The notes under the pieces were generated by a model, which was not told where the DNA came from, searched no databases, and saw only the letters and a list, made by a program, of their open reading frames with translations. Positions 1 through 9,040 of a DNA stretch of 64,000 nucleotides are shown here, one piece after another. The position numbers and the translations under genes were made by a program. Origin of the DNA: an uncultured Acidimicrobiaceae bacterium (GTDB taxonomy: Bacteria > Actinomycetota > Acidimicrobiia > Acidimicrobiales > Bog-793); NCBI GenBank assembly GCA_963719125.1, contig CAVRAT010000015.1, positions 77,782 through 141,781 of the forward strand. The letters run 5' to 3'. Numbering within the stretch: position 1 is the first letter of the stretch; each line of letters opens with the position of its first letter.

Positions 1-1
1 C

Positions 2-937
2 GCAAGCCCGTTGCTCTCGCTCACATTCGCACAGGCCGTCGATCGCGTGCGGCAAAACGCCCGGGTCGCAGTGGTTGAGGAGCAGGGTAAGATTAAAGCT
101 TTCTTCCCGTACGAGCTGACCCCGAACAACGTCGCGCGAGCGATCGGCTGGCGCGTCAGCAGCTTACAGGGACTCATCAGCTCAGGTGCTCCGCTCGACG
201 CACGATTGCTCGTAAGGATGGCGGGCCTGCGCGGGTGGCGATTCGATCACGCCGATGCCACTGAGCCAGCTCTCGCCCCCTACCACTACCGTGGAACGAA
301 GATGCAAGTGCCCGTCATCGACCTCGGAAGTGGCTGGGATTCATATATCAACACACGAACCAATCAGTTCAGGCGAGAGAACCGCAGGAGGAGACGACAC
401 CTGGAGAGCGATGTCGGCACAATATCATTGGAATGGAATGTCTCCCGCCTTGATTACCTCCCGCTCCTCATCAAGTGGAAGTCCGAACAGTACGACTCAG
501 CTCGCTATTTGTACTCCGACCCCGCGGCGCGTCTGATCATCGAAGAGCTCATAACTACGACCAACGAGGACTGCCATGGAGGCCTCAGCGTCCTGTTCGC
601 CGATGATCAGCCGATCGCGATTCATTTTGGGATGATGGGGCCGCGCTTCCTTTGCTCTATCGAGACGGCGTACGACCCTAACTTTGCTCGCGCCGCTCCT
701 GGCCTGACGCTATGGCTCGCCCTGGCAGAACAGGCAGCAGGTCACGGCATCGCTTGGATCGATCTCGGCTGTGGGACGCCAAGTCGCAACGGCCGACGCA
801 ACTACAAGCTGGACCTGGCGAATTACTCATACGCGGTCATCGGAGGCGCGGTATGGGCGAGCCGCGCGGAAGCGGCGGTTCGTGCTGTCTATCGGCGGCT
901 CCTCTACGATCGCCAAGGGCACCAACCAGATCAGTGA
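2..937 (+). CDS. FemAB/CelD-like GNAT acyltransferase (PF13480-like), 5' partial
   Basis: The frame is open to the window edge. It aligns with the downstream paralog from about residue 30 (..NARVAVVEE.GKI.AF.PYEL.., ..W.S.Q.DSAR..YSDP.., ..WIDLG.G..). The pattern matches CelD/BioF2-like GNATs. Confidence 0.7.
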   Translation, partial: ASPLLSLTFAQAVDRVRQNARVAVVEEQGKIKAFFPYELTPNNVARAIGWRVSSLQGLISSGAPLDARLLVRMAGLRGWRFDHADATEPALAPYHYRGTKMQVPVIDLGSGWDSYINTRTNQFRRENRRRRRHLESDVGTISLEWNVSRLDYLPLLIKWKSEQYDSARYLYSDPAARLIIEELITTTNEDCHGGLSVLFADDQPIAIHFGMMGPRFLCSIETAYDPNFARAAPGLTLWLALAEQAAGHGIAWIDLGCGTPSRNGRRNYKLDLANYSYAVIGGAVWASRAEAAVRAVYRRLLYDRQGHQPDQ

Positions 938-1004
938 ATCGCCACCAAGGCCCAGCTCGGGCACCTCAGCGCAGCACACGGTCCTTCGCCGGCGAGAACT
1001 TTCC

Positions 1005-2018
1005 ATGCACGTAACCTTCGCTCGGCCCGACGAGCTCGGGCCGAGCGAAGCGCGACGATGGGCCGAGTTCCAGCAGCTCTCGGTCATCATGTCGAACCCC
1101 TTCCTTTCTCTCAGCTATGCGCGAGCGATTGGTCGTGCTCGACCGAATGCACGGGTCGCGGTGGTCGAAGAGGGCGGCAAGATCGAAGCCTTTCTTCCCT
1201 ATGAGCTGATCTGCAGAGGCATCGGCGGACCGCTCGGCGGCCCAATGACGATGCTGGATGGCATCGTGAGCTCTGGCGCAGCTCTGGACATGCGAGCAGT
1301 CGTCAGAATGGCGAGCCTGCGCGGATGGCGCTTCTTCCACGCACCCGCGGAACAGCGGGTCCTCAATCGATATCGCTACGACTATAGCTATCACGGCAAC
1401 GCCGTCTTCATCATCAACCTAACCGATGGGTACGATGCCTATTTGCGGAGTCGTAGCAAGTCCCTCACGAAAGCGACCGCCAAGCAGCGACAGGCCCTCG
1501 AACGCCAATTCGGCCCTGTCTTACTGGAATGGAGCAGCTCGAGTCGAGAACACCTGCACCAGCTGTTCGAGTGGAAGTCTGCCCAGTTTGACTCGGCGCG
1601 CGAGATGTACTCGGACCCGACCCAGAGCGCTGTCGAAGAGCTGATGACGGCGGATGCTGGCGATTGCAGCGGGAGCGTCAGCGTCCTCTCCGCTGGCGAG
1701 CACATGATCGCCATTTGCCTTTATCTGGTGGGACCACGGTATCTCTGTGCATGGCAGGCAGCCTACGACCGCGATTTTGCTCGTTTCTCACCGGGAACAA
1801 TTATGTTCCTGGCTCTCGTCGAGGAGGCCGCCAGTCGCGGCTTCACCTGGATCGATCTCGGTTATGGCCAGGACCACTACAAGCAGCGCTTGGCGAACGA
1901 CTCATATCCGATAGCCGGGGGCGCTGTCTGGGCCAGCCGGGTAGAAGGGGCAAGCCGCGCGGTCTACCGGCGACTCATCTACGAGCCGCGCATGCGCCAC
2001 AAGACGGCCCAAGGATAG
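1005..2018 (+). CDS. FemAB/CelD-like GNAT acyltransferase (tandem paralog)
   Basis: ATG at 1005 (MHVTFARPDELG..). The annotated ORF start at 771 overlaps the upstream gene and is an extension artefact. Clear paralogy to 2-937. Confidence 0.75.
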   Translation: MHVTFARPDELGPSEARRWAEFQQLSVIMSNPFLSLSYARAIGRARPNARVAVVEEGGKIEAFLPYELICRGIGGPLGGPMTMLDGIVSSGAALDMRAVVRMASLRGWRFFHAPAEQRVLNRYRYDYSYHGNAVFIINLTDGYDAYLRSRSKSLTKATAKQRQALERQFGPVLLEWSSSSREHLHQLFEWKSAQFDSAREMYSDPTQSAVEELMTADAGDCSGSVSVLSAGEHMIAICLYLVGPRYLCAWQAAYDRDFARFSPGTIMFLALVEEAASRGFTWIDLGYGQDHYKQRLANDSYPIAGGAVWASRVEGASRAVYRRLIYEPRMRHKTAQG

Positions 2019-2141
2019 AACTACTTCAAGACCAACCGTCAAGCGACTGGCGCTCTGTGAGGCCCGCGGAGGCACTGGTGGTGTGCTGCCGTCGCGGTGA
2101 CCAGACCTAGCTGACCCGCATGCCGCCCGCACCAGGCCGGC

Positions 2142-3038
2142 TCATGGGAACCAGACCCGCTGGCGCAGCGATTCCTCAAGCCGTCCCTCGAGATGTCCGG
2201 CCCACCAGGCAAAGCTCCATTGCCAGTGATCCCCGCCACGTAATGCTTCGGTAAGCATCCAGCGGACATAGCCAACAAACTCACCCAAGCCTCGTCGCGG
2301 CTGACCAAGATCACGATAACGCATATACAGCCATACGAAAGCACGCCCATAGCCGCGAGCTTTGCGGAAGTTGCCCCAGGCGTCCGGCGGGCGCCGGAAG
2401 TGAAGTATCGCGTCGGGGGCAAGGCCGATTGTGATACCGAGGAGCTGAGCACGCCACGTGAAGTCCGCGTCCTCGCCAATCAGAAGATCGGTGGCGAACT
2501 CGCCGATGCGTTTGCAAGCGGATGACCGGATCCCTATCAGTGCTCCCGGAACATAGATGCGGAATCCCAACAGAAGGACGAGACGGTCGGCAGGCGCGAT
2601 CTCCGCCCTGGCCCATACCGGATTGAGCCGCTTCGTATCGATGCTCGCACTCACTAGCTCGTATTTCTCAAGCGCTCGCGCCATCGCCTCGATATACCCG
2701 TCACCTACCTCGTCGTCGGCATCCACGAGAACCAGTAGCTCACCCCGCGCTACGGCGATGCCTGCATTGAGGGCATATGACTTGCCGCGCCGTGGCTCGG
2801 AGAGTATCTGCAGATTCGGGAGATCACCCTCGAACTCTTTCGCCGTCTCGGCTGAGCCATCGGTCGAGCCGTTGTCGACGACAATCACCTCCCACGGGAA
2901 AGAGCACTGCTGTGAGGCCAGCGCCCGCAGCTGGTGGCGTAGGTATGGCTCACCGTTCCTCACTGGCAGCACCACGCTAAGGCGGACGGGAGGAAGGGAA
3001 GAGGAAAACTCAACGTTATTATCCATTATAAACAGCAT
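2142..3038 (-). CDS. Family 2 glycosyltransferase
   Basis: LSVVLPVRNGEPYL..VIVVDNGSTDGS..LVLVDADDEV: a typical GT2 N-terminal GT-A fold with a DxD motif. Confidence 0.85.
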   Translation of the reverse strand: MLFIMDNNVEFSSSLPPVRLSVVLPVRNGEPYLRHQLRALASQQCSFPWEVIVVDNGSTDGSAETAKEFEGDLPNLQILSEPRRGKSYALNAGIAVARGELLVLVDADDEVGDGYIEAMARALEKYELVSASIDTKRLNPVWARAEIAPADRLVLLLGFRIYVPGALIGIRSSACKRIGEFATDLLIGEDADFTWRAQLLGITIGLAPDAILHFRRPPDAWGNFRKARGYGRAFVWLYMRYRDLGQPRRGLGEFVGYVRWMLTEALRGGDHWQWSFAWWAGHLEGRLEESLRQRVWFP

Positions 3039-3212
3039 ATCAGTATAGCGAAACTTCCTTCCATGGGCTCGCTACCGCGGGCTGAAGGGTCCGAAAACCT
3101 CCGGCACCTACTCGAACGCGGAACTGCGGGCGCATGTGCGATCTCGTCGTGTTCGCGTGCGGATCATGAGCGGCCGGGCGACGGCCAGATATTGACGTCG
3201 TAGTCGTTCAAG

Positions 3213-3217
3213 GCCTT
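3213..3217. repeat. Left copy of 5-bp target site duplication (GCCTT) of the IS21-family element
   Basis: GCCTT lies immediately outside the left terminus. The same pentamer lies immediately outside the right terminus (16157-16161). Confidence 0.6.
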
Positions 3218-3270
3218 TGTCGCTTGCCAGTCCCAAGGGACCATTCCGTTGCCAGAAGCATGGGACCACC
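3218..3270. repeat. IS21-family left terminal repeat block (2 copies of TTGCCAG..CATGGGACCACC-like motif)
   Basis: 3218-3244 reads TGTCGCTTGCCAGTCCCAAGGGACCAT and 3249-3270 reads TTGCCAGAAGCATGGGACCACC. These are the reverse complement of the repeats at 16071-16156. Confidence 0.8.
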
Positions 3271-3323
3271 TCGCGCCCCACAACGACCGGCTGGCGTGAT
3301 GATCCCGGCAGCCGGTCGGCTTG

Positions 3324-3788
3324 TCAAGCGCGCCGTTGTCGGCGCGTCGGCGAAGTCTGCGTTCGGTCCGCTCCGATGGCCGGCTTTTCGTTCTGACGGT
3401 AGGACTCGCCTTCTATGACGAGCTCCCAGGCGGCGCTCTTCAGCCGGTCGACTGCGGACTGGGCTAACAGCGGATCGGCCATGAAGCCCAGCCATTCGCT
3501 TGGGTCACGGTTCGAGGTCAGCACCGTTGCTGCGCAGTGATGTCTTTCGACGCAGATCTCATAAATGTCGGCCGTCTCGACCGAATCGAGGTGCTGGAGC
3601 GCGAAGTCGTCGATCAGGAGGAGATCGACGCCGATGAGCTTTCGCATCTCGGCGTCGTAGGTCGCGTCGAGACGTGCCGCCTTCAATCTCTTGAGCAGGC
3701 GGTCGGCCCGTTCGAAGTGCACCCCGACGCGTCGCCGGCAGGCGATGTGGCCGAGTGCGGTGGCGAAGAAGGTCTTCCCGACGCCAGG
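3324..3788 (-). pseudogene. istB: istB (IS21 helper ATPase), C-terminal fragment from the Walker A motif onward
   Basis: ..(S)PGVGKTFFATALG..LLLIDDFALQ..TSNRDPSEW..DRL.. are typical IstB/AAA motifs. N-terminal homology is lost upstream of GVGKT. Confidence 0.85.
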
Positions 3789-3836
3789 CGAGACAGCGAC
3801 AGACTGCAACATCTTCGGCGGTTGTTGCCTTGCGAG

Positions 3837-4106
3837 GTGCGAGTCACCTCCGCTGTGCACCCGCTGTTTGGGCGTCTGGTTCCGGCGACCGGTTTCAAAC
3901 GCCGCGAGGGTGTCCTGCTGCTGGTGGTGATCCTGCCGGACGGCTCGCCGGGCACGATTCCGGCCGACGCGACGAACGCGTTGGGAGAGCCACCAGTCGA
4001 AGTCGGCACGTCGGTGCTCTCAGTGGAGGGAGTACGTCGACTCCAGGCGCTGATCAGCTCGCTGGAGCCCCGACGATCCCGCTCTCGACGCCAAAGACGC
4101 AAATAG
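3837..4106 (+). CDS. DUF5372-like small protein (putative accessory protein of the LSR element)
   Basis: GTG at 3837. VHPLFGRL..ILPDGSPGTIPADATN..VLSVEGVRRLQALISSL resembles the DUF5372 ORF at 23371-23706 (HPFRPWSGREF..GVKHSLPLSWTDA..FRVDDLIVLADLV). Same position upstream of an LSR gene. Confidence 0.5.
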   Translation: MRVTSAVHPLFGRLVPATGFKRREGVLLLVVILPDGSPGTIPADATNALGEPPVEVGTSVLSVEGVRRLQALISSLEPRRSRSRRQRRK

Positions 4107-4206
4107 GCTCGCCTGACCCTGTACGCGCCAACGAACCGGGAGGTGAGCCTCTTTGCGAAGGCTCAGAATAGCCGCGCCCACTCAGCTGACCCTGGTCATA
4201 CCCGGG

Positions 4207-4341
4207 ATGGCTCCAACCTCGCAGCAATGTTGGTCGTTGCTGCCAGATACCAACCAAGCAGCGGTGCTCTCGCTGCTCGCCCGGATGATCGCCCGTGGCG
4301 TAGTTCTCGAGGAAGAGGGAGCTGCTGATGACGATCGTTGA
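4207..4341 (+). CDS. Possible small ORF overlapping the recombinase start
   Basis: ATG at 4207. ..WSLLPDTNQAAVLSLLARMIARGVV.. ends 14 nt into the recombinase gene. An analogous small ORF sits at 24415-24618 at the second LSR locus. Weak support. Confidence 0.25.
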   Translation: MAPTSQQCWSLLPDTNQAAVLSLLARMIARGVVLEEEGAADDDR

Positions 4342-6559
4342 GTCCTCCTCCAAGGTGAGCGCCAGTCACCTCGGTCGTGACGCCTACGTATACGTACGTC
4401 AGTCGACCCTCACTCAGGTGCGCGAGCACACCGAGAGCCTTGAGCGCCAGTACGAGCTCGCATTTCGCGCCCAGGCCCTTGGGTGGGCACCCCGTCAAGT
4501 GATCGTGATCGACGACGACCTCGGTCGTTCGGGCGCCAACGCGTCAGCACGGGAAGGGTTCAAGAACCTTGTCGCCCATGTCGGACTCGCCCGTGTCGGG
4601 ATCATCTTCGGGATAGAGGTGTCACGCCTAGCCCGCAACAACGCCGACTGGTATCAGCTGTTGGACCTCTGTGCCGTGACCGACACCCTCATCGCTGACG
4701 GGGACGGCATCTATCATCCGGCCGACTTCAACGACCGGCTCGTACTTGGGCTCAAAGGCACGATGTCGGAGGCGGAGCTGCATCTCATCCGCCATCGCCT
4801 GACCGCCGGGCTTCGACACAAGGCTGCCAAAGGCGAGCTGCGTCAAGGTGTGCCGGTCGGGTTCGTCTATGACGAGGCAGATCGGGTCGTCCTCGACCCC
4901 GACGAAGCGGTCATCGAGGCGATCGCAACGGTGTTCCGTCGTTTTGACGAGCTCGGGTCAGCGCGCCAGGTGATGTTGTCGATGCAAGGAGACGGTCTTC
5001 TCATTCCTCGCCGGCCGACCGGAGCCAGGCGGATCTCCTTCGCGACGGCAACATATCCGGCGATCCACGATTTCTTGACCAACCCGAACTACGCCGGTGC
5101 GTTCGTGTTCGGCCGAACCAGGACTGAGAAGCGCCTCGACGCTGAAGGGCGCTTAGTCGCTCGCGCACGGTTCCTGCCACGGGACGAATGGGCAGTCCTG
5201 ATTCCCGACCATCACCCCGGCTTTGTGTCCTGGGAGCGTTACGAGCAGATCCAAGACCAATTGCGGGCAAACTGGCGGGCCCCTCGTGGACATGGCGGCG
5301 GTGCGGTGCGAGAAGGCACGGCCTTGTTGCAAGGCCGACTTCGCTGTGGGCGCTGTGGGCGGATGATGCAGACCGGCTACTCAGGCGCCCAGGGCAACTG
5401 TCCCAGGTACGTCTGCGGGCGAGCACGCCAGCTCTATGGCAGCGAATCGATGTGCCAGAGCTTCGGAGGTCGAAAACTCGAAGCCCGCGTCCTCGACGAG
5501 GTGTTCGCTGTGCTCGAGCCCGCCGCGCTCGCGGCCACAGCTCTGGCGCTAAACGACGCTGAGTCCGCACATCGCCAGCGGCTGCACGCCTTTGAACTCG
5601 CGGTGGAGCGAGCACGATTCGAGGCAGAGCGCGCACATCGTCAGTTCGACGCTGTCGAACCGGAGAACCGCCTTGTGGGCCGAACTCTGGAACACGCCTT
5701 CGAGGAGGCGCTCAGCGCCCAACGTCATGCCGAAGCCGACTTGGCAACTCAGCGTGCCCGTCAGCCCACGCGTCTGAACGACGACGAACTGGCTTGGCTG
5801 ACTCGGGCGGGGGCGGATCTGCGCGCAGTGTTCCACGCATCGACAACCACTTGGCGGGAGCGCAAGCAGCTTCTGCGGGCCATCATCGCCGAGGTCGTCG
5901 TCGCTTGTCGCGGAGAAGACCATCAGGCCGATGTCACGATCGTCTGGGAAGGTGGCGCCTCCACGAGCTTCGTCCACGAGCTCAACAAACGTGGCGGCCA
6001 CTACCGAGCAACCGACGAGGACACCGTCGAGCTCGTTCGTCGCCTTGCTCAGCGTTATGACGACAGGACGATCGCGGCCGTGTTGTCCAAGCAGGGACGT
6101 CGGACCGGAACCGGTCTTACATTCACGAAGACGAGAGTCGCCAGTCTGCGCTTTTCGAGAGGCATCCCGGCCTTCCAGCCAAAGCTGGATGTCACAGCAT
6201 CGGACCATGATGTCGAGGTGGTCTCGATCACCAAGGCCGAGCAGATCCTCAAAGTCAACCGGACCACGATCTATCGCTGGATGCGCGAAGGCTTCATCGA
6301 AGGCGAGCAACTCACCTGCGACGGACCATGGCACATTCGCATCAACGACGAGGTTCGCAAGCGAATCGTGCCCGAGGTGCCCGAAGGCTGGCTCAATCTC
6401 GATCAAGCAGCCCGAGCCCTTGGGATCGCCCGCCAGACCGTGTTGCACAAGGTCCAACGCGGTGAGCTCAAGGCAGTCCACGTCAACCGCGGGAAGAGAA
6501 AAGGCCTGCGTATCCAGGTCGAATCCCCGGTCGCTGGACTGTTCGACACACCGTCATGA
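4328..6559 (+). CDS. Large serine recombinase (resolvase domain + recombinase domain + zinc ribbon + coiled coil + two C-terminal HTH modules)
   Basis: AYVYVRQSTLTQ (catalytic Ser), ..VSRLARNNADW.., LRCGRCGRMM..CPRYVC (zinc ribbon). The C-terminus has TIYRWMREG and TVLHKVQRGEL, which are excisionase/MerR-like HTHs. Confidence 0.9.
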   Translation: MTIVESSSKVSASHLGRDAYVYVRQSTLTQVREHTESLERQYELAFRAQALGWAPRQVIVIDDDLGRSGANASAREGFKNLVAHVGLARVGIIFGIEVSRLARNNADWYQLLDLCAVTDTLIADGDGIYHPADFNDRLVLGLKGTMSEAELHLIRHRLTAGLRHKAAKGELRQGVPVGFVYDEADRVVLDPDEAVIEAIATVFRRFDELGSARQVMLSMQGDGLLIPRRPTGARRISFATATYPAIHDFLTNPNYAGAFVFGRTRTEKRLDAEGRLVARARFLPRDEWAVLIPDHHPGFVSWERYEQIQDQLRANWRAPRGHGGGAVREGTALLQGRLRCGRCGRMMQTGYSGAQGNCPRYVCGRARQLYGSESMCQSFGGRKLEARVLDEVFAVLEPAALAATALALNDAESAHRQRLHAFELAVERARFEAERAHRQFDAVEPENRLVGRTLEHAFEEALSAQRHAEADLATQRARQPTRLNDDELAWLTRAGADLRAVFHASTTTWRERKQLLRAIIAEVVVACRGEDHQADVTIVWEGGASTSFVHELNKRGGHYRATDEDTVELVRRLAQRYDDRTIAAVLSKQGRRTGTGLTFTKTRVASLRFSRGIPAFQPKLDVTASDHDVEVVSITKAEQILKVNRTTIYRWMREGFIEGEQLTCDGPWHIRINDEVRKRIVPEVPEGWLNLDQAARALGIARQTVLHKVQRGELKAVHVNRGKRKGLRIQVESPVAGLFDTPS

Positions 6560-6587
6560 AGGGAGCGCGCAGTGTCAACCACATTCG

Positions 6588-6929
6588 ACTGGGCCCAAGA
6601 ATAAAGGCGTTGCGCGCTTGGTCGACAAAGCGCAGCGACACGAGCTCTGACCACACCGCCCGGTCGTAGGTGATCTTGGCGGTGTCGTCCCAGGCCTCGA
6701 GTGTCATCGTCGGGTCCAGCGTGGCCGCCCGAGCACGGCGACCGGCCGAGTCGCCGTCACGGCGCTGCACCTCGTCGGAGAAGAGCTGCTCCAAGAACTC
6801 CATGTGGGTGAGCTCGTGGCTGCGAGCGAGCGCCAGGCGCTCGGGCAAGGTGTCGAGGAGGCGGCCGAGCTTCAGTGATCTCATGAGCGACTTGAGCTCT
6901 GGAGAGACGCTCGGTGTGGGCGGCGTCAT
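6588..6929 (-). pseudogene. istB: istB N-terminal fragment
   Basis: ..LKLGRLLDTLPERLALARSHELTHMEFLEQLFSDEVQRRD..LEAWDD..SLRFVDQARNAFILGPS then homology stops. The ATG at 6929 overlaps the istA stop (ATGA), as in IS21 operons. Confidence 0.85.
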
Positions 6930-7403
6930 CGTCCCGCCTCCTTTGTCGTCGCGAACTCCGACGGGTCACGGGAAAAGCGCCCCTGTATGACGACGAGATG
7001 GGCAGGACTGGCCTCTTGTCCGAGGTCCTCGCGAGCGCGTTCGAGCATGCGGCTCACGAGGTTCACGTCGATCGCCTCGGCATCAAGTGCCCGGCGACAG
7101 GCCAGCTCGACGCGGCTCGGGCCCCACTTTTTCACGAGGCCCAAGAGCCGGTAGACCTGGCGCATCTTGGTCCACGGCAAAGGCGTGTCCAACAGCGCCT
7201 CGGCGTAGCGCCCGATCGCCTCGCCGTGCTGGGCCGCCAGGCGCCTCAACGCGTCGACGTCTCGTGTGGCGTAGATCTCCTTGCCGGTCGGGTAGTCCGC
7301 CGGGTCGGTCGAGCGCTGACCCGGGGCTTTTCGCGGATGGACCTTTATGAGCTCTCCGCGGAAGTAGAACTTCACCGTCTTTGAGTCACGCCTGGCCTTT
7401 AAG
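6926..7403 (-). pseudogene. istA: istA (IS21 transposase), C-terminal fragment
   Basis: ..KARRDSKTVKFYFRGELIKVHPR..LPWTKMRQVYRLLGLVKKWG..ACRRAL.. is a typical IstA C-terminus. It begins abruptly at the IS1634-type insertion. Confidence 0.85.
7398..7403. repeat. Left copy of 6-bp TSD (TTTAAG) of the IS1634-family element
   Basis: TTTAAG directly abuts both IRs (second copy 11427-11432). Removing one copy plus the IS restores istA in frame. Confidence 0.7.
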
Positions 7404-7478
7404 CGGAAGTTACGTCACCATGAAAGGGCATTGAGTCCTTCACGAGGGGAAATGCTGAGATCTCGACGGCTTTCCTGT

Positions 7479-8313
7479 CTACAGGAGGCGGAGGGGGACG
7501 TTTGCGCCGATGAGCTCGAAGGCCCGTCGCTGGACCTCGGTTAGCTGGGCGAGTTGCTCGAAGGTCTGATCTGTGCCCGGCACCGTACAGGTGTTGCGGG
7601 TGAGGGTCCCGAGATGGTCGAGGAGTCCCTGGAAGCTCTGCACGGGAAGCCCCTCCTCATTGCGCTTTCTTGCTGCCTTGCGGGCTGCAGAGGCCGAGCG
7701 TTCCGCTTTTGCCACCGGGTCGTCGCGAAACGGTGGTGCCTCGTCGGCGAAAGTGAGCGGGGCAAGGGCCCTGCGCAGGTGCCAGACGAGATGAGCAGCG
7801 AGCAGGCAGAGCAAGGCATGGGCGCGCACCCGGTCGGCGAGGCGGTGGCGGATGGGCCGGATCTCGATGTCGAGGGACTTCATGGAACGAAAGTCCCTTT
7901 CGATGCCGGCGAGCGACTTGTAGCTGCGCACGACGTCGGCCGCAGAGAGCCGCTTCGGCGCACAGCTCGTCCGCAGTACATAGATGCCGTCTAAGGCTGC
8001 CTCAGCGGCGATCGCCTCTTGTCTTCTCGAGAAGGAGAAGCTGCCCTCTTCGATGAACAGCTCGAAGTGCTTGGCCATCTTGTAGCGGTTGACGACCCGC
8101 CCCAGGCGAAGCCCGATCTTGGCCCGGTCCGAGAGGCGGCCCGCCACAACGGCGTCTTTTACCTTTGCGAGCTCGAGCTCGGTCGCAGACAAGAGCGCTT
8201 CGCGCTTTCTCGCCCGCTCGGTCGCAAGAGCCGGGTTGCGACAGCACACGAGGCGCTCGCCGGGGTAGTCCGGGTGGGTGATCTCGGCGAAGTTCACCTC
8301 GTCGAACAAAGAC
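7479..8313 (-). pseudogene. IS1634-family transposase, C-terminal fragment
   Basis: SLFDEVNFAEITHPDYPGERLVCCRNP..YVLRTS..VVRSYKSLAGIERDFRSMKS..IRPIRHRL.DRVRAH..LC: a typical DDE IS1634/IS4 C-terminal region. Confidence 0.8.
8306..8313. repeat. Left copy of 8-bp TSD (ACAAAGAC) of the ISL3 element
   Basis: ACAAAGAC abuts both IRs (second copy 10394-10401). 8 bp is the usual ISL3 duplication size. Confidence 0.8.
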
Positions 8314-8398
8314 GGCTCTCCTGACTCTTCCGTGGGTGGGAAGGTCGAACAGGTGTGCGATGTGAGTCCGACACGCGATTGTCGAGCAAGATGGGACG

Positions 8399-9040
8399 GT
8401 GGAGAACACCGCCTCGCGCTGGGAGCCTGAGGACGACGACGAGTACGAGTCGGCGAGGGCCGAGCTGAAGGAGCGCTTTGCAACCTGGGCCGCGAACGCG
8501 GGTGTCGCGATCGATCACGATGTGCCCGAGGGTCTGCTCCACTACAAGTGGGCATACGTCGATGGCCATCTCACCCGTTGGACGCGTCGCGACCTGAGCG
8601 AGATCTATCTCGAGCTCTACCCGGCCAAGGTCATGGCCGATCCCGACGAACTCGACGAGGTCCTCGCCGAGGCGAGGGCGTTTCTCACCTTTCTCTCTGC
8701 GACCGGACTGCTCGAGGAGGAGAGCGAGTCTGCCGAGGTCCTCATCGACCACCTCGACCAGATCGCAGGGCGATTCCGGGCGAACATGGCCGATCAGTCG
8801 CGCTACAGCTTTGGCAAGCGCCTGTGGACCGAGGCCGCAGCCGAAGGCGTACGGCCCGACGACCCCGCTGCGGTCGAGGCCTTCATGGCGCGCTTTAACG
8901 CCCGGCCCCGAGCCGAGCGGGACGCGATCCTCGGAGACGGTGTGAAGCCGGGGAGCCGCCGCGCACAGACGGGCCGGTTCACTCCTCCGGGAACCCCGCC
9001 CGGACCCGGTTCAGGAAAGCGGCGCAAGCGCCGGAGATGA
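8399..9040 (+). CDS. Hypothetical acidic protein with basic C-terminal tail (passenger gene of the ISL3 element)
   Basis: 213-aa ORF with high GC3 and protein-like composition. It lies inside the IS between the left IR and the 3' end of the transposase gene (convergent, 30-nt overlap). No family recognised. Confidence 0.55.
   Translation: MENTASRWEPEDDDEYESARAELKERFATWAANAGVAIDHDVPEGLLHYKWAYVDGHLTRWTRRDLSEIYLELYPAKVMADPDELDEVLAEARAFLTFLSATGLLEEESESAEVLIDHLDQIAGRFRANMADQSRYSFGKRLWTEAAAEGVRPDDPAAVEAFMARFNARPRAERDAILGDGVKPGSRRAQTGRFTPPGTPPGPGSGKRRKRRR

Larger units (their letters stand above)
3789..6590 (+). mobile_element. About 2.8-kb large-serine-recombinase element inserted in the istB Walker A codons (boundaries +/- about 6 bp)
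   Basis: The istB N-fragment ends ..AFILGPS and the C-fragment starts (S)PGVGKT. The intervening ~2802 bp carry a DUF5372-like ORF and a 743-aa serine recombinase. Confidence 0.7.

Noticed and set aside
771-1004. 5' extensions of annotated ORFs (771-1004; 28843-28890; 29448-29834; 41176-41262; 42714-43166; 43152-43649; 46810-47403; 56368-56715; 59152-59274; 59205-59738; 61235-61255)
   Set aside because: In each case the extension overlaps the neighbouring gene or has non-protein-like composition. An internal start with a better context (SD sequence, stop/start overlap, paralog alignment) exists.
5001-6481. Minus-strand ORFs 5001-5636 and 5549-6481 inside the serine recombinase gene
   Set aside because: The plus-strand recombinase reading frame carries all the catalytic and zinc-ribbon motifs. 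The antisense ORFs have no recognisable features.
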